The notes: generated by a model not told the origin, from the letters alone. Positions 8,774-20,092 are shown, counted from the first letter of the stretch. The stretch: 64,000 nucleotides of DNA from an uncultured Oligoflexia bacterium (GCA_964549505.1 CAZJVD010000005.1:64618-128617); one strand, 5' to 3'. Program-made: numbers and translations.

Positions 8774-10231
8774 ATGCGGAAAAACGGACGCGCGCGCTTA
8801 GTTTTTGCTGTGGGTCTTGTAAGCTTAGCTGCCTCACTCGCTGGTGCTGTGCAGCTATCAGCTCACAAGCCATTTTGGGGAGACGAGGCCCAAGAAATCC
8901 TCCAGACGTGCGAACAAGAGAGTGCGCACATGGCTACCGACGGAGCGATCGGACAATGCAGTCCGCTACCGATTTACTATATTCTTCAGCGCACTCAAGC
9001 GCGTATCGGTTCGATCGCGGGTGAAGGCATCGCCATATGGACCCGTCGAATCAGCCTCCTGGCCGCGGTCGGTTTAGTGGCCGTGATGGTTTGGATGCTT
9101 TACCCACAGGGAGGTCTGCCCGCTTTTCTAGGCGCTGCCAGCGTGATCGATAATCCTCTTTTTTTTCAGTTTGCTGCGGAGGCACGTCCTTACATGCTGT
9201 GGCTCTGGGCTTATGCGCTCGCGATGGGTCTCTTCTGGCGCGACTATCATGACCGCCGACCCAAAAGCCTCATGCGCCGTGGAGCGATTTCGCTCTTTCT
9301 TGCGGGACTTGTCAGTCCCGGATCAGGACAAGCCTTCGCCTTTTGGGCTGCGGAGGGTGTGCCCCGCTCAAAACGGACAGCGCTCTGGATCGGTTTGATT
9401 CTCGTCGCCAGTTTTGCGGTCTCGTTTTACTACGCCGGCTCGACGTGCATGCGAACCGGTGCATCGGAGGGAACATGGTCCACTTCGCCGCACAGAGATT
9501 TGATTCTTGGGTTTCTTAGAGTCGCGCTTCCCTCGGGCCCCTTCGCATGGACAATGACGGGAGTCCTGTGTGTCGGACTTTACTCACTTTTCCGCGACCC
9601 TAGCGCCTCAGGTCGAGCGATACGCAACATACTCGTGACTCAGGGTCTAGCTACAGCTGCCCTTGTGGGTCTGATTCTGTATTTTGACTATTTTCTCGTT
9701 CAACGAAACTTTGTTTTCATGATGATCTGGCGCGGAATTCTGGTCGGTCTGGGCACGTCCTATATTCTCTCCCGATTTCGAACGGTAGCTCTCGAGTGTG
9801 TAGCGACGGCGCTTCTTCTCGCGCTGCCTGTGGCAAGCTGGTTCCGGGTGCACCGCCATCGCAGTTTTGTCGCTGATTTTCCAGTTCCTCTCGACACGCG
9901 TTACCGCGAAGACAAGGCGCCGGATCTTTACTACTACACGTTCGAAAAGCATCGTCCCGGATTCTCGCCGACCTTTGAGGGGGCGCTCAACTTCGCGGCG
10001 CGCGTGGAGAAATCCATCGTCTCGGACACCGACGTTTCCGATACCGATCGCTCGGCGGCGACTCCGCGACCTCGCTGTTTTATCGATACGTACCATCCCA
10101 CCGACCCATGTCCGACGGATCCTCCGCCCATACGTGCGACGCCGCGTACGACCTCAAATGCAACGGAGACTGCAAGTGAGCCGATACGCCTTGCCATATG
10201 CGGACGAGATTTTCAGTTGAACAGACGATGA
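8774..10231 (+). CDS. polytopic membrane protein, possibly a GT-C fold (ArnT/PMT-like) glycosyltransferase
   Basis: 485 aa with about 10 predicted transmembrane segments. An early periplasmic-loop FWGDE motif resembles the DE motif of GT-C enzymes. The gene neighbours the GT9/GT2/flippase genes. The family assignment is inference. The C-terminal ~90 aa are low-complexity. Confidence 0.4.
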   Translation: MRKNGRARLVFAVGLVSLAASLAGAVQLSAHKPFWGDEAQEILQTCEQESAHMATDGAIGQCSPLPIYYILQRTQARIGSIAGEGIAIWTRRISLLAAVGLVAVMVWMLYPQGGLPAFLGAASVIDNPLFFQFAAEARPYMLWLWAYALAMGLFWRDYHDRRPKSLMRRGAISLFLAGLVSPGSGQAFAFWAAEGVPRSKRTALWIGLILVASFAVSFYYAGSTCMRTGASEGTWSTSPHRDLILGFLRVALPSGPFAWTMTGVLCVGLYSLFRDPSASGRAIRNILVTQGLATAALVGLILYFDYFLVQRNFVFMMIWRGILVGLGTSYILSRFRTVALECVATALLLALPVASWFRVHRHRSFVADFPVPLDTRYREDKAPDLYYYTFEKHRPGFSPTFEGALNFAARVEKSIVSDTDVSDTDRSAATPRPRCFIDTYHPTDPCPTDPPPIRATPRTTSNATETASEPIRLAICGRDFQLNRR

Positions 10232-10268
10232 AGAAGAGAAGTCGATTGTCCGGGTTCATCAACACACC

Positions 10269-11276
10269 TTAACGGGTGGCCTTTCCAATACGGCCGCGCC
10301 CAACACTCACTTCAATCGTGTGAGCCTTTTTTGGGGACGATGACTCTGACCCAGACCCTGACCCTGACGATGACGATTCGAAACGTTCGACTTCACCCTG
10401 TCCGACGGCAAGCTGATACTTGTAGGCCTCACGTTTTCCGGGCGCAATCAACACTTGTCCAGACTCCAGTTTCGCTCTTACGCTGAACGCAGCTTCGTTG
10501 ATTCGTAGCTCCCCACGTTCTCCTTCGACGATCACACTCGTGTCTCTGGGCACCGCCACGTTGCACTCGAGACCGGACCGGTCACTCCAGTCGAGCGTGA
10601 GCACACCCTGCTCGTTTCTCGCACGAAAACCATCCGAGTCGCCTCCACGAGCTTTGCAACTCCAGGAAAGTTTACCGTCCGCCGCGGTTCCGATCGCTAT
10701 CTGTCCCGACGCAAACAAGACAGCCACCGACGCGTCGCGAGTGACCTCCGACGAACCCGAGAAAGCGGCTTTCGAACGCCGGTCACCATGCTTGGTTGCA
10801 TGCTTTGGGGTCGTTCCGACAATCGTGATATCGCCGGCGCCACCTGAGATCTGCCCAGAGAACTGCACGGCACCACCCAGAAGAGAAATCTGGTCTTTCT
10901 CTCCATCGATTTTCAGCAACGGCGTGAACCGTGTGATCAAAAAAACAACAACCAGTACGGCCGCGAACACCATCCCGAGTATCCCAATCACGATCCACTT
11001 GACGAAGGGCCTTATCGGCGGCTTGATCGACGATTGGGTCGGGTTGAGTCCGCGTTCCAGCAGGTAGCGATTCGCAACCGTCTCGGGCGCTCCGAGTGCC
11101 GCGAGGACCAGCTCGAGCTTCCCTTCCGGATCGCGCTCCATTGCCGAGAGAACATGACTCTTGATCTCCGTCACAATCTCCACGCGATCGCTCACAGGAA
11201 ACGGCCGAAGTACGTGTTCCAGCGCCGTTAAGTAGCTTTCAAGTTTTGGATCCCGCCGTGCTTCATAGGTCGCCAT
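10269..11276 (-). CDS. membrane protein with an N-terminal DUF1700/HAAS-like domain and a C-terminal beta-rich DUF4097-like (putative adhesin) domain
   Basis: ESYLTALEHVLRPFPVSDRVEIVTEIKSHVLSAMERDPEGKLELVLAALGAPETVANRYL matches the DUF1700 N-terminal pattern. A single transmembrane segment and a repetitive beta-strand region follow. Start taken at MATYEA (11276). The track start is at 11303. Confidence 0.5.
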   Translation of the reverse strand: MATYEARRDPKLESYLTALEHVLRPFPVSDRVEIVTEIKSHVLSAMERDPEGKLELVLAALGAPETVANRYLLERGLNPTQSSIKPPIRPFVKWIVIGILGMVFAAVLVVVFLITRFTPLLKIDGEKDQISLLGGAVQFSGQISGGAGDITIVGTTPKHATKHGDRRSKAAFSGSSEVTRDASVAVLFASGQIAIGTAADGKLSWSCKARGGDSDGFRARNEQGVLTLDWSDRSGLECNVAVPRDTSVIVEGERGELRINEAAFSVRAKLESGQVLIAPGKREAYKYQLAVGQGEVERFESSSSGSGSGSESSSPKKAHTIEVSVGRGRIGKATR

Positions 11277-11363
11277 AACATTATACCTAGTATTACTAAG
11301 CATAACCCGTCCACCCTCACCCGACAGCCTGTGCTACATTTAGTGAAACAAAGGACCCATCTC

Positions 11364-12629
11364 ATGAACTCGAACCCGGCACCGCCTTTGACCCAACCGC
11401 GATCCCGTAAAGCCGCGCTCGGCTTTATCTTTGCGACCGTTGCCATTGATATGATCGGCATCGGCATGATCGTGCCGTCACTGCCTGGGATCATGCGACG
11501 TTTTTACTCCGATCCTTCTGACATCAGCCAAGCCTTCGGCGTTTTCATCACCGTCTATGCGTTCATGCAGTTTCTGGCCTCACCGCTTCTCGGCGCGCTG
11601 AGCGACCTCTGGGGACGCCGGCCGATTTTATTGATCTCGCTCGCATTCGCAGCAATGGATCATGTGTTGATGGCGTTCGCACCCACGCTCACGATCCTTT
11701 TTATCGGACGTGTGATCGCGGGTTTGACCGGAGCGAATATCACGGTCGCGATGTCATACATCGCCGACATCAGTGACGATAAGAAGCGCGCCGCTAACTT
11801 TGGCCTCGTTGGTGCCGCGTTCGGCCTGGGCTTCGTGATTGGCCCGGCACTCGGTGGGCTGGCTTCGGGACTGGGAGACCAAGCCCCTTTTCTCATCTCG
11901 GCGGGTCTCAATCTGGTGAACTTTGTTTTCGGTTTTCTTGTTCTCCCCGAATCCCTCCCCAAGGAAAAGCGCCGACCGTTCAGCAGCGCCAAACTCGATC
12001 CATTTTCGAGTATCATTCGGTCCTTTCGAAGCCCTTCACTTCGAATTTTCTTCGTCGCTCACTTTCTCTTTCAGCTCTCCGGCCAGACTCATCCCTCGAT
12101 CTGGACACTCTACAATCAGCACCGCCATGGTTGGTCAGTCAAAGAAGTCGGATTTTCTCTGGCAGCTGTCGGACTCTTGTCGGCTTTTGCTCAAGGTTTT
12201 CTGACGCGCTGGATGACTCCACGACTGGGCGAAGTAAGAACGCTCCATCTCTGTGGTATCGGCACCACACTGGCCATGCTCGGTTTCGCTCTCGCGACCC
12301 AGAGCTGGATGATGATTGCTCTCTTGCTGATCTCGGCTCCGTCGTGGGTGCTCGGTCCGGTATTACAGGCGCTCGCTAGCAAGACCGTAGGCCCGCAAGA
12401 TCAGGGTGAACTTCAAGGGGCCCTCGTCGGACTTTCAAGTCTGGCGATGGTGCTCAATCCCTTAATCGTGACTCAGCTCTTTGCTCATTACACAAAACCG
12501 ATGTTTCCAGAGTGGGCTTCAGGAGCTCCTTACTTCTTTGCGGCTCTTGTGGGATTGATCGGCTGGTTTGCCTTACGAAAAATCGCTCATCATCCGAGCG
12601 TTGCCGAAGTCCCGACTAGTACAGCCTGA
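11364..12629 (+). CDS. MFS transporter, TetA-like (DHA1) family
   Basis: GFIFATVAIDMIGIGMIVPSLPGIM...LGALSDLWGRRPILLISL...GRVIAGLTGANITVAMSYIADIS are the class-defining TetA/MFS_1 motifs. Start ATG at 11364 follows an AAAGGA RBS. Confidence 0.85.
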   Translation: MNSNPAPPLTQPRSRKAALGFIFATVAIDMIGIGMIVPSLPGIMRRFYSDPSDISQAFGVFITVYAFMQFLASPLLGALSDLWGRRPILLISLAFAAMDHVLMAFAPTLTILFIGRVIAGLTGANITVAMSYIADISDDKKRAANFGLVGAAFGLGFVIGPALGGLASGLGDQAPFLISAGLNLVNFVFGFLVLPESLPKEKRRPFSSAKLDPFSSIIRSFRSPSLRIFFVAHFLFQLSGQTHPSIWTLYNQHRHGWSVKEVGFSLAAVGLLSAFAQGFLTRWMTPRLGEVRTLHLCGIGTTLAMLGFALATQSWMMIALLLISAPSWVLGPVLQALASKTVGPQDQGELQGALVGLSSLAMVLNPLIVTQLFAHYTKPMFPEWASGAPYFFAALVGLIGWFALRKIAHHPSVAEVPTSTA

Positions 12630-13735
12630 CTTGCACGAAAAATGTCGGCAGAAACAATTTCGGAAACACACGGAAACTTAGGGTCATGAGCGCCGACTTT
12701 CAAATACGGACAGTTCCACGCACATCGAAAACAAGCGCGAGGTGACGCCACGACCTGAAGATTTGAAAATCCTTCGGGATAAGGAAAGAACCGCCCCCAA
12801 TGTCCACCGCCCACAACAGCAATCGTCGGAACCTGTAAGTGAGCAGCCAAATGTGCGACCACCGAGTCGAAAGCAAGCACGAGGCGAGCGCGTGAAATCA
12901 TACGTATCAGTTCCGAAAAGTTCGTCTGTCCCACGCGATCCGTAGCTGAAACACGAAGCTTCGTACGAATCGCATCGCCGCGCGCACGATCACTCTCACT
13001 CCCGCACAGAACGGCATACAGGTCGGTTTCTGACCCGATCTGATTGATGATGTCGGCGATCTGGTCGGCCGTCATCAGCTTACGCGTATCGCGTGATCCG
13101 CAGTGCACCAAGAGATACTGTCCAATCGACGCCGTCGTTGGTGGTACGCAGTTCTTCCAATCAAACTCTGACCAGACCAGACCGAGACGCAAAGCTAAGA
13201 TTTGATACGCCTGTGTCTCATGAATCCATGGCCCCACTTGGAGTTCGCGTTCGTACGTTTCACTCACACCCTTACCATCGACTCCCGATCGAACGGCCCA
13301 ACGTACGAATGTGCGCGCCGAACGCGCTAACCAATAAGAAAGGCGGTTCTCCGGGGTGCGCACCGGGACAACCACGATTCCAAACGAAAACCTCCACAGT
13401 TTAAAATAGAACGCCCAGCGCTTCCATGGTTTGAGCAAAAGATCACGTGAATCACAGCTGATCATCGTCCAGGGAAACCCCACCGTTCGAAGCAAATCCG
13501 CCGCCTCATCCGTACACACGAGAACACAGTTCTCTTTTCCGAATGTTGCTTCGAGAGACTGCAGAAGATCCATGGTCAAAACCATGTCACCAAGAGCGTC
13601 CGTCCGAATCACACAAACACTCTTGCTCTTTCGCGGCTGAAGACGCCAACTCATGAGCACCCGTAGAACCGGAACACAGAGGGTTTCGAGACATTCTTGA
13701 AAGACCGTGAACACACGGTAGAGAATCTGCTTCAC
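12590..13735 (-). CDS. glycosyltransferase family 9 (LPS heptosyltransferase-like)
   Basis: VCVIRTDALGDMVLTMDLLQSL, LLVHCGSRD and VLCGSESDRARGD are typical of GT9. Confidence 0.7.
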   Translation of the reverse strand: MKQILYRVFTVFQECLETLCVPVLRVLMSWRLQPRKSKSVCVIRTDALGDMVLTMDLLQSLEATFGKENCVLVCTDEAADLLRTVGFPWTMISCDSRDLLLKPWKRWAFYFKLWRFSFGIVVVPVRTPENRLSYWLARSARTFVRWAVRSGVDGKGVSETYERELQVGPWIHETQAYQILALRLGLVWSEFDWKNCVPPTTASIGQYLLVHCGSRDTRKLMTADQIADIINQIGSETDLYAVLCGSESDRARGDAIRTKLRVSATDRVGQTNFSELIRMISRARLVLAFDSVVAHLAAHLQVPTIAVVGGGHWGRFFPYPEGFSNLQVVASPRACFRCAWNCPYLKVGAHDPKFPCVSEIVSADIFRASQAVLVGTSATLG

Positions 13736-13737
13736 AG

Positions 13738-14649
13738 TTACCTAGGGCGCGCCGCGATCGATGGGATGTAAAGTGTCTTATGATCCATGCGCTGAGAAAA
13801 GTGCGCAAGATGGCGATTGATACCGTAGTAAACGGGTTTCAGGCCACGAAGAACCGGCAAACGCCCCAGAAACTTCATCATGTAAACACGAACCACCTCG
13901 AGCTGGGTCCGAACTCGTTGAACAAAGTAGTGACGACGGTCAATCTGCCCCTTAAGTGAAGAGCTGATCTGGACTAACTCCCCCATGGACCGACGCCACT
14001 CACGATTGGAGAGTCCATCCATCCCGCAAGCGATAAGTGTGTAGGGGAACGTTCGCGTCTTGATCGCATTCAAGTAACAACGCAAGTAATGTTCGTAATC
14101 AGCAGCAACCGTATATCGCATGTCAAATACTCCCGCTTTTCCAAATACCTCGCGCTTATAAACAACGCCCTGATGACAGAGTCGGTTCCGCCCCAAAATA
14201 TTCGCTTCGAGCATCGGTTTCGGCAGCATCGGATAGAGGTATCGACCATCGCGGTAGAGTCGCGCACCACAGAGTGCTAGTTCGACACTCTTGTCTTTCT
14301 CAAGCTCGCGACAGACGCGCTCGAGTAAAAGCGCATCGAGTAACACATCTCCAGAGTTCAGGAACCAAACCAATCGTCCACGCGCGACTTCGATCCCTCG
14401 ATTGAAGGCCGCATACACTCCCTTAGGCTGTTCAATCACACGTCGCAACGGCCACGACTGCTTGTCCAAACGATCAATGACCGGTTGTGTGACCTCGGGC
14501 GACGAATCGACAATAATGTGCTCCCACGAAACACAGGACAACCGGAGCGGATGCAGCGAAACGAATGTACGAAGCAAGTCACTCGGGTTGTTGTACGTCG
14601 CAGTAACAATCGAAAGCGTGATATCGCTCACAGATCGAAACCCTAACAC
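13738..14649 (-). CDS. glycosyltransferase family 2
   Basis: N-terminus LSIVTATYNNPSDLLRTFVSL...IVDSSPE, a GT-A fold with a DxD-type context. Confidence 0.8.
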   Translation of the reverse strand: MLGFRSVSDITLSIVTATYNNPSDLLRTFVSLHPLRLSCVSWEHIIVDSSPEVTQPVIDRLDKQSWPLRRVIEQPKGVYAAFNRGIEVARGRLVWFLNSGDVLLDALLLERVCRELEKDKSVELALCGARLYRDGRYLYPMLPKPMLEANILGRNRLCHQGVVYKREVFGKAGVFDMRYTVAADYEHYLRCYLNAIKTRTFPYTLIACGMDGLSNREWRRSMGELVQISSSLKGQIDRRHYFVQRVRTQLEVVRVYMMKFLGRLPVLRGLKPVYYGINRHLAHFSQRMDHKTLYIPSIAARPR

Positions 14650-14688
14650 GCGCCGCTGCGATCAAACAGCCCTAGGGTCGCCCAAGGG

Positions 14689-15924
14689 TCAATGAGACCG
14701 ATAGCCCCTGACGCGCGCGCTTACAACGCCGAGATAAACCAAAACTGGGACGAGATTGGTCCATTGGCCCCAAACCACGCCCTGAATTCCATAGCCGCGC
14801 TTCAGAAAAAAACTGGTCCAACCCAGGACCCATGCACTGCTCAGGAACGACGACACGAGATTGATTCGAATCTCACCGACACCATTCAAGAAAAACATCG
14901 GAACCGCTGTCAGCGAAAGCAGACCGTACGACAGCACGAGCCCTTGATGAAAGCCCGTGACATGATCCGCGAGATCCTTACCCACCCACAGCACGAGCAT
15001 GGGTTTCGAGAACACCCAAAAGAAACCGACCAGACCTACCGTGACGAACGCAAAGAAGATCCAGTTGGACTTAAACCGAGCAACGAGTTCCGCGGACCAG
15101 CGCTGCGCTTGCGAAGCAACAGCAAAGAGATGCGAGGTCGCCGAAACGATGAGGTTATGAATCGGAAGTGCCGCCTTCTGGGCGACTGCATAGAGCGCCA
15201 ATGCGTCTGGGCCAAGAAAAACCATGAGCAGCTGCTTGTCGAGCTGCCCGAGAGCTGCGCTGAGACCGTTTTGTACAAAACTCGCCGTTGCATACCCGAG
15301 AATCGTTTTGAAAGAACGACCGCGTTCGCGACCCGCGTTCCATCGGGTACGGCGACCGAGACGACTCCATGAAAGGGCAGCAGCCACGAGCGCGCTGACC
15401 GCACCAGCAAGCACCACGATCCAAAGCAGTCCATAAACCCAAGCGGCCACAGCGCTGAACACGGGCAACATCATCCGAGCGGCAGCATTGACGCGCGCAG
15501 CGCCGCCGAAATCTCCGCGCGCTTTCATGAGATTCTGTGCCGTCAGTTCCAAAATGCGTCCCAAAGACTGAATGAGAGCCAACAGAACCAGAAGAGTCGT
15601 ACCCGTTCCACTCGCAGCATAGACAGCACAAGCACTCCCGGTCAGAACAGTGACCATGGTGATTTGAAACCGGCGCACCGAACGTGTGATGTTATGTACT
15701 GACTCCACGTCTCGAGCAGCTTCGCGCATGAGTGCATCGGGCAGTCCAAAACTGAGAAGCAGACCGATCTCTGTAAGGCTCTGAAAGAAAGCCCAACGTC
15801 CGAACTCCGTGAGTCCTAGGGTTTTTAGAAGAATGGGTGTGAGAAGGAAGGAGAGAAGAAGCTGAAGCCAGTACTCGGTCGAACCAAGAATGGCCCAACG
15901 AAAACGAACCGAGCGGTCAGCCAT
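14689..15924 (-). CDS. polysaccharide biosynthesis / oligosaccharide flippase (Wzx-like, MOP superfamily)
   Basis: 411 aa with about 12 transmembrane segments. It heads the GT2/GT9 operon on the minus strand, and the N-terminal pattern is typical of Wzx/PST-family flippases. Confidence 0.65.
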   Translation of the reverse strand: MADRSVRFRWAILGSTEYWLQLLLSFLLTPILLKTLGLTEFGRWAFFQSLTEIGLLLSFGLPDALMREAARDVESVHNITRSVRRFQITMVTVLTGSACAVYAASGTGTTLLVLLALIQSLGRILELTAQNLMKARGDFGGAARVNAAARMMLPVFSAVAAWVYGLLWIVVLAGAVSALVAAALSWSRLGRRTRWNAGRERGRSFKTILGYATASFVQNGLSAALGQLDKQLLMVFLGPDALALYAVAQKAALPIHNLIVSATSHLFAVASQAQRWSAELVARFKSNWIFFAFVTVGLVGFFWVFSKPMLVLWVGKDLADHVTGFHQGLVLSYGLLSLTAVPMFFLNGVGEIRINLVSSFLSSAWVLGWTSFFLKRGYGIQGVVWGQWTNLVPVLVYLGVVSARVRGYRSH

Positions 15925-16018
15925 GTCGCAAGGGCTAACACGAGTCGTTCGCGCGTCTCAAGTTCTTTATGGCACTTTACGCGTTGCGTGTCGCGACAAG
16001 ACCGTGCAACCTCAACTC

Positions 16019-17104
16019 ATGACACTCGGAACCATCGTGTTTGCTGTCGCTGTGGCTCACACGTTCTTCACGGGTTTTCTCAAGCAGCGTTTACCGCGCT
16101 CGCTCGCTATTCTGGGCGAAGTCGAGTGGGTGTTTGCGATTTGGGCGATATTCTTTCTTGTACTGCAGCTGACGTTTCACGGTTTCGCAGAGACGACCGC
16201 TTATGTACGAACACTTTCGTTTCACGAGCCGCTGCTGGTGTTTGTCCTCATGTCGGTTGCGGGCACTCGTGGCGTTGTCGGAGTCACGTCATGGGCCTTG
16301 GAAACGATCGCGCAGGTCGTACCGTTGGCTTCACCATCACGACTTTTTCTCACGGTCCTCGTTCTGGGTCCTCTCGCGGGCAGCCTCATTACCGAACCGG
16401 CAGCAATGACAGTCACAGCACTCATTTTGAAGCGACGGTTTTTCGACAAAAAGCCATGGCCGCCGACTCTTCTGTACGCCACCATCGCAGTCCTTTTTGT
16501 GAACGTTTCGGTGGGCGGCGTTCTCACTCATTTTGCCGCACCCGCCGTCGTCCTCGTCGCGCGTTCGTGGGGCTGGGATACGGCGTACATGTGGCACCAT
16601 TTTGGCTGGAAAGCTCTGATCGTGGTTGTCTTGAACGCAGGTACTCTGACGTTCCTTGTACGGCATCAGCTGCGCGGTCTCCGAGTCATGCGTCAACCGC
16701 TGCGCTGGAAAACGTTCCCACCGAGTCTCGGCTGGAGGCATCCCATTGGTGTCTTTGCGTTTCTCAGCGGACTCGTGGTGCTGGCAGGCCAGCAAGGCTG
16801 GTGGATACAGCCCCTGATCGGCCAGCTTGAACCCACCTCGCTCTTCTGGCTCACGACTGGCCTGACAGCGATCACTGACAATGCTGGACTCACACTGCTG
16901 GGTTCACAGATACCCGATCTTTCGACTCTCATGAAACACGCGCTCGTCGCAGGAGCCGTCGCTGGTGGTGGCCTGACCGTCATTGCAAATGCTCCCAACC
17001 CCGCCGGACTCTCGATTCTCGAAATCGCGGGCTTTCGGCACGAACGACTGTTCCTAGCGGCTCTGGTTCCCACGCTTATTGCCGCAGCCGTCCTCTTGAT
17101 TTGA
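16019..17104 (+). CDS. polytopic membrane protein of unknown function (possible ion transporter)
   Basis: About 360 aa with 10 or more hydrophobic segments. Start taken at MTLGTIV (16019). The track ORF begins at 15890 and overlaps the flippase start. Confidence 0.45.
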   Translation: MTLGTIVFAVAVAHTFFTGFLKQRLPRSLAILGEVEWVFAIWAIFFLVLQLTFHGFAETTAYVRTLSFHEPLLVFVLMSVAGTRGVVGVTSWALETIAQVVPLASPSRLFLTVLVLGPLAGSLITEPAAMTVTALILKRRFFDKKPWPPTLLYATIAVLFVNVSVGGVLTHFAAPAVVLVARSWGWDTAYMWHHFGWKALIVVVLNAGTLTFLVRHQLRGLRVMRQPLRWKTFPPSLGWRHPIGVFAFLSGLVVLAGQQGWWIQPLIGQLEPTSLFWLTTGLTAITDNAGLTLLGSQIPDLSTLMKHALVAGAVAGGGLTVIANAPNPAGLSILEIAGFRHERLFLAALVPTLIAAAVLLI

Positions 17105-17140
17105 CAACACCAAAAGGCAAAAGGACACTAGTAGAGGGCG

Positions 17141-18070
17141 ATGCAAAAGAAAATTTTTGAACTTAAACCTTCGGGCTACCACTGGGTCGACCTCTCACAG
17201 CCGACCGAGGATGACGTAGAGAATCTCGCCGAGCACTACGGCCTGCATCCGACGTCCGTTGAAGACTGTCTTGAACCGAAGCACTTGCCCAAGTTCGAGC
17301 ACGTCAGCGGTCTTAATTTTTTGATTCTGCGAGCCTACGACGAACGCTGTTCGTCTGACGCGGACACGGTTCAAGAACTCACACGCAAGATGGCCGTCTT
17401 TGCAGGAAAGAATTTTGTTCTCACGGTTCATCGCTCGGACCAGCCGTTCATTGCTGATCTTCGCCAAAAATGGGGACAGCTGCTTTCAACGAGTGAACCA
17501 AAACCCACCCAGTTATTGGCCGAGATTCTTGAGAGTGCGGTCATGACCTATGAAGCACCCCTCGAGACGACGTTGATTGCGCTTGAGGATCTGGAGTCAC
17601 GCATTTTTCGAGGCGATGACTCTCGTCAGATCATTCAGGATGGATTTTATTTCAAGCGCCGCCTTTCCATCTTTCGCCGTATCTTACGGCTCACGCTCGA
17701 TGTCGTACGTAAGCTTCACTCCGAAAGCGAAACGCAGTCCCCTCTTTTGCAGGACGTTCGTGAGCATGCCGAACGCCTCCTTTTTTCGGCAGAAGAGCTC
17801 CATGACAATGTTCAAAGTCTTTTGCGACTTCACCTATCGCTCGAAAGTCAGCGCACGAACGAAGCGTCCCTCCAGACCAATTCGGTCGTGCGATTGCTCA
17901 CGGTGGTTTCCGTGTTTTTCATGCCTATCAGTTTTATAACGTCGCTTTATGGAATGAACTTCGACCTCTCCGAGTTTCACTGGAAACATGGCTATGCGTT
18001 TGTTTGGGGAGCCATGGGCTTATCGACCGTCGGCACTTATATCTGGATGAAAAAACGAGGATGGCTCTAG
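17141..18070 (+). CDS. corA: CorA-family Mg2+/Co2+ transporter
   Basis: A C-terminal transmembrane pair carries FFMPISFITSLYGMNF (GMN motif). The length of 309 aa is typical. Confidence 0.85.
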   Translation: MQKKIFELKPSGYHWVDLSQPTEDDVENLAEHYGLHPTSVEDCLEPKHLPKFEHVSGLNFLILRAYDERCSSDADTVQELTRKMAVFAGKNFVLTVHRSDQPFIADLRQKWGQLLSTSEPKPTQLLAEILESAVMTYEAPLETTLIALEDLESRIFRGDDSRQIIQDGFYFKRRLSIFRRILRLTLDVVRKLHSESETQSPLLQDVREHAERLLFSAEELHDNVQSLLRLHLSLESQRTNEASLQTNSVVRLLTVVSVFFMPISFITSLYGMNFDLSEFHWKHGYAFVWGAMGLSTVGTYIWMKKRGWL

Positions 18071-19185
18071 TCGTTCTCGTCGGGCGTCGACGAAAAGCAT
18101 TTCAAGCAGCACGTGCACTCGGTCTCGATGTTATTCGCATCTCTTCTCGTCTGAGCTTTGAGCAAGCCTGCGCGAAAATCGAAACAGCCCGTCGCGGTCG
18201 AAAACTCAAAGCCGTACTTGCAACGACGGAAAGCGCCCAATGGACAGCCGCACGCCTACGAACACGCTTTCGCGTGCGCGGTCTAACCGACAAGACAGTC
18301 CTCCCTTTTCATGACAAGCGAGCGATGAAACGAAAAGCGCGTCAGCTTGGGATTCCAACAGCAGCGTTTCAGATTTTCGATCGACGGTCTCCGCGCCACT
18401 CTCGCAAGAGGATCGCGACCCGACTCGCCCGTCGCTGGGGGTTTCCGATGGTTGTGAAATCCCCGCGCCTGTCGGGTAGCCGCGAGCAGATCATCGCGCA
18501 CGATCTACGCACCCTCCATCGAGCGCTGGATCGCAACCGTCACCCCGATCGTATCGTCGAGGCATGGCTCCACGGTACCGAGATGAGCTGCGAACTGGTT
18601 CTTCAACGTGGTCGTGTGATCTTTGAAAATCTCACAGCCTATATCGCCCATCACGCCATCAATCTGATGCCGGCACCACTTCCCAAGCCGGTCGCAGTTC
18701 TGACGAAAGCTTTCGCACGGAATGTCGCACGTGGTTTTGGCGTTCGAGACGGCATCATTCATCTCGAACTTTTCTGGACCGCACGCGGCCCTTTTCTTGG
18801 CGAACTCACGCAGCGACCACCGGGCGGATATCTGATGGACCTGATTCGATACTGTTATCGAGTCGACGCCTGGAAGCTGTGGATCTGTTCGGAACTGGGT
18901 ATCCCGATGCCACGAAAGCTACCGAAGGCTCGTGGCTCGGCGCTCGCGTGGATCATCCATCCGGGCGCAGGTCGCATCCGTAGCGTGACTGGCGTCTCAC
19001 AAATACGAAAACACCCAGCGCTCCGGAGCTGGAAATCACAACCCACCAGAAACTTCACAATAGGCCTCCGCAAAGGCTCTGGCGAAGAGTGGGGACACGC
19101 TCTGTTTTCTGCGCACGATCGACGCGCGCTTGTGACCGATGTACTCAAACTTCGCGCGGGACTAAAGTTTACCCTTTCCCCTTAG
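18061..19185 (+). CDS. ATP-grasp domain protein (substrate unknown)
   Basis: ATP-grasp-like layout ([25 protein letters not shown]...[17 protein letters not shown]...). Its start overlaps the corA stop by 10 bp, and it converges on rimK. Confidence 0.5.
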   Translation: MALVVLVGRRRKAFQAARALGLDVIRISSRLSFEQACAKIETARRGRKLKAVLATTESAQWTAARLRTRFRVRGLTDKTVLPFHDKRAMKRKARQLGIPTAAFQIFDRRSPRHSRKRIATRLARRWGFPMVVKSPRLSGSREQIIAHDLRTLHRALDRNRHPDRIVEAWLHGTEMSCELVLQRGRVIFENLTAYIAHHAINLMPAPLPKPVAVLTKAFARNVARGFGVRDGIIHLELFWTARGPFLGELTQRPPGGYLMDLIRYCYRVDAWKLWICSELGIPMPRKLPKARGSALAWIIHPGAGRIRSVTGVSQIRKHPALRSWKSQPTRNFTIGLRKGSGEEWGHALFSAHDRRALVTDVLKLRAGLKFTLSP

Positions 19186-20092
19186 TGCGAACGGAACCCG
19201 TCTCAGCGTGACGCTCAATGTACTCGATCACCTGTGAGGCAATATCCGTTTTGGTCGCGCGTTCGATGCCTTGAAGTCCGGGCGATGAATTGACCTCGAG
19301 AACCATCGGTCCGCTCCGCGATCTCAACAGATCGACGCCTGCGAAGTTGAGCCCAAGTGCTTTGGCGGCTTTCACCGCCGTCGCACGCTCATCGGCCGTG
19401 ATCTCGACCGCCACCGCTGTTCCACCGCGATGAAGATTGGATCGAAACTCCCCTGTCTTTGCTTGGCGTTTCATCGAAGCGACGACCTTGTCGCCGATGA
19501 CAATGCAGCGAATATCGCTACCCTTTGCTTCCTTGATAAACTTCTGAACGAGAAAGTGGGCCTCGAGGCCACGAAACGCATCGATCACACTCTCTGCAGC
19601 CTGACCGGTCTCCGCAAGGACCACGCCTTTGCCCTGTGTTCCCTCGAGAAGCTTGATCACCAGCGGCGCTCCACCCACCATTTTGATAAGATCTTGAGTG
19701 TTTTTCGCCGAATGTGCGAAACCGGTGATCGGCATTCCGATTCCTTTGCGCGAGAGCAGCTGAAGAGCGCGAAGCTTGTCCCGCGAACGCGAGATCGCCA
19801 CACTCTCGTTGATCGTGAACACTTCGTTCATCTCAAACTGTCTTAGAACAGCTGTTCCATAGAACGTGATCGACGCTCCGATGCGCGGAATGATCGCGTC
19901 GATATCGTCGAGAATCATGTCTTTAAAATGCACGAGCGGCTTCCGAGCCGCGATATTCATAAAACACTTCAAGGGATCGACAACGAGCACCTTATGCCCG
20001 CGCTCTTCCGCAGCTTCGACCAGACGTCGGGTCGAAAAAATCTGAATACTACGCGAAAGAATCCCGATCCTCATCCGGCGATGCTTTACCAT
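19169..20092 (-). CDS. rimK: RimK-family alpha-L-glutamate ligase (ribosomal protein S6 modification protein)
   Basis: [35 protein letters not shown] plus an ATP-grasp core. Start taken at MVKHRRM (20092), which follows AAGGAAA. Confidence 0.85.
   Translation of the reverse strand: MVKHRRMRIGILSRSIQIFSTRRLVEAAEERGHKVLVVDPLKCFMNIAARKPLVHFKDMILDDIDAIIPRIGASITFYGTAVLRQFEMNEVFTINESVAISRSRDKLRALQLLSRKGIGMPITGFAHSAKNTQDLIKMVGGAPLVIKLLEGTQGKGVVLAETGQAAESVIDAFRGLEAHFLVQKFIKEAKGSDIRCIVIGDKVVASMKRQAKTGEFRSNLHRGGTAVAVEITADERATAVKAAKALGLNFAGVDLLRSRSGPMVLEVNSSPGLQGIERATKTDIASQVIEYIERHAETGSVRTKGKG

Noticed and set aside
15036-15631. Cys/Arg-rich ORFs nested in or antisense to the flippase gene
   Set aside because: Off-frame artefacts of a GC-rich membrane-protein gene.
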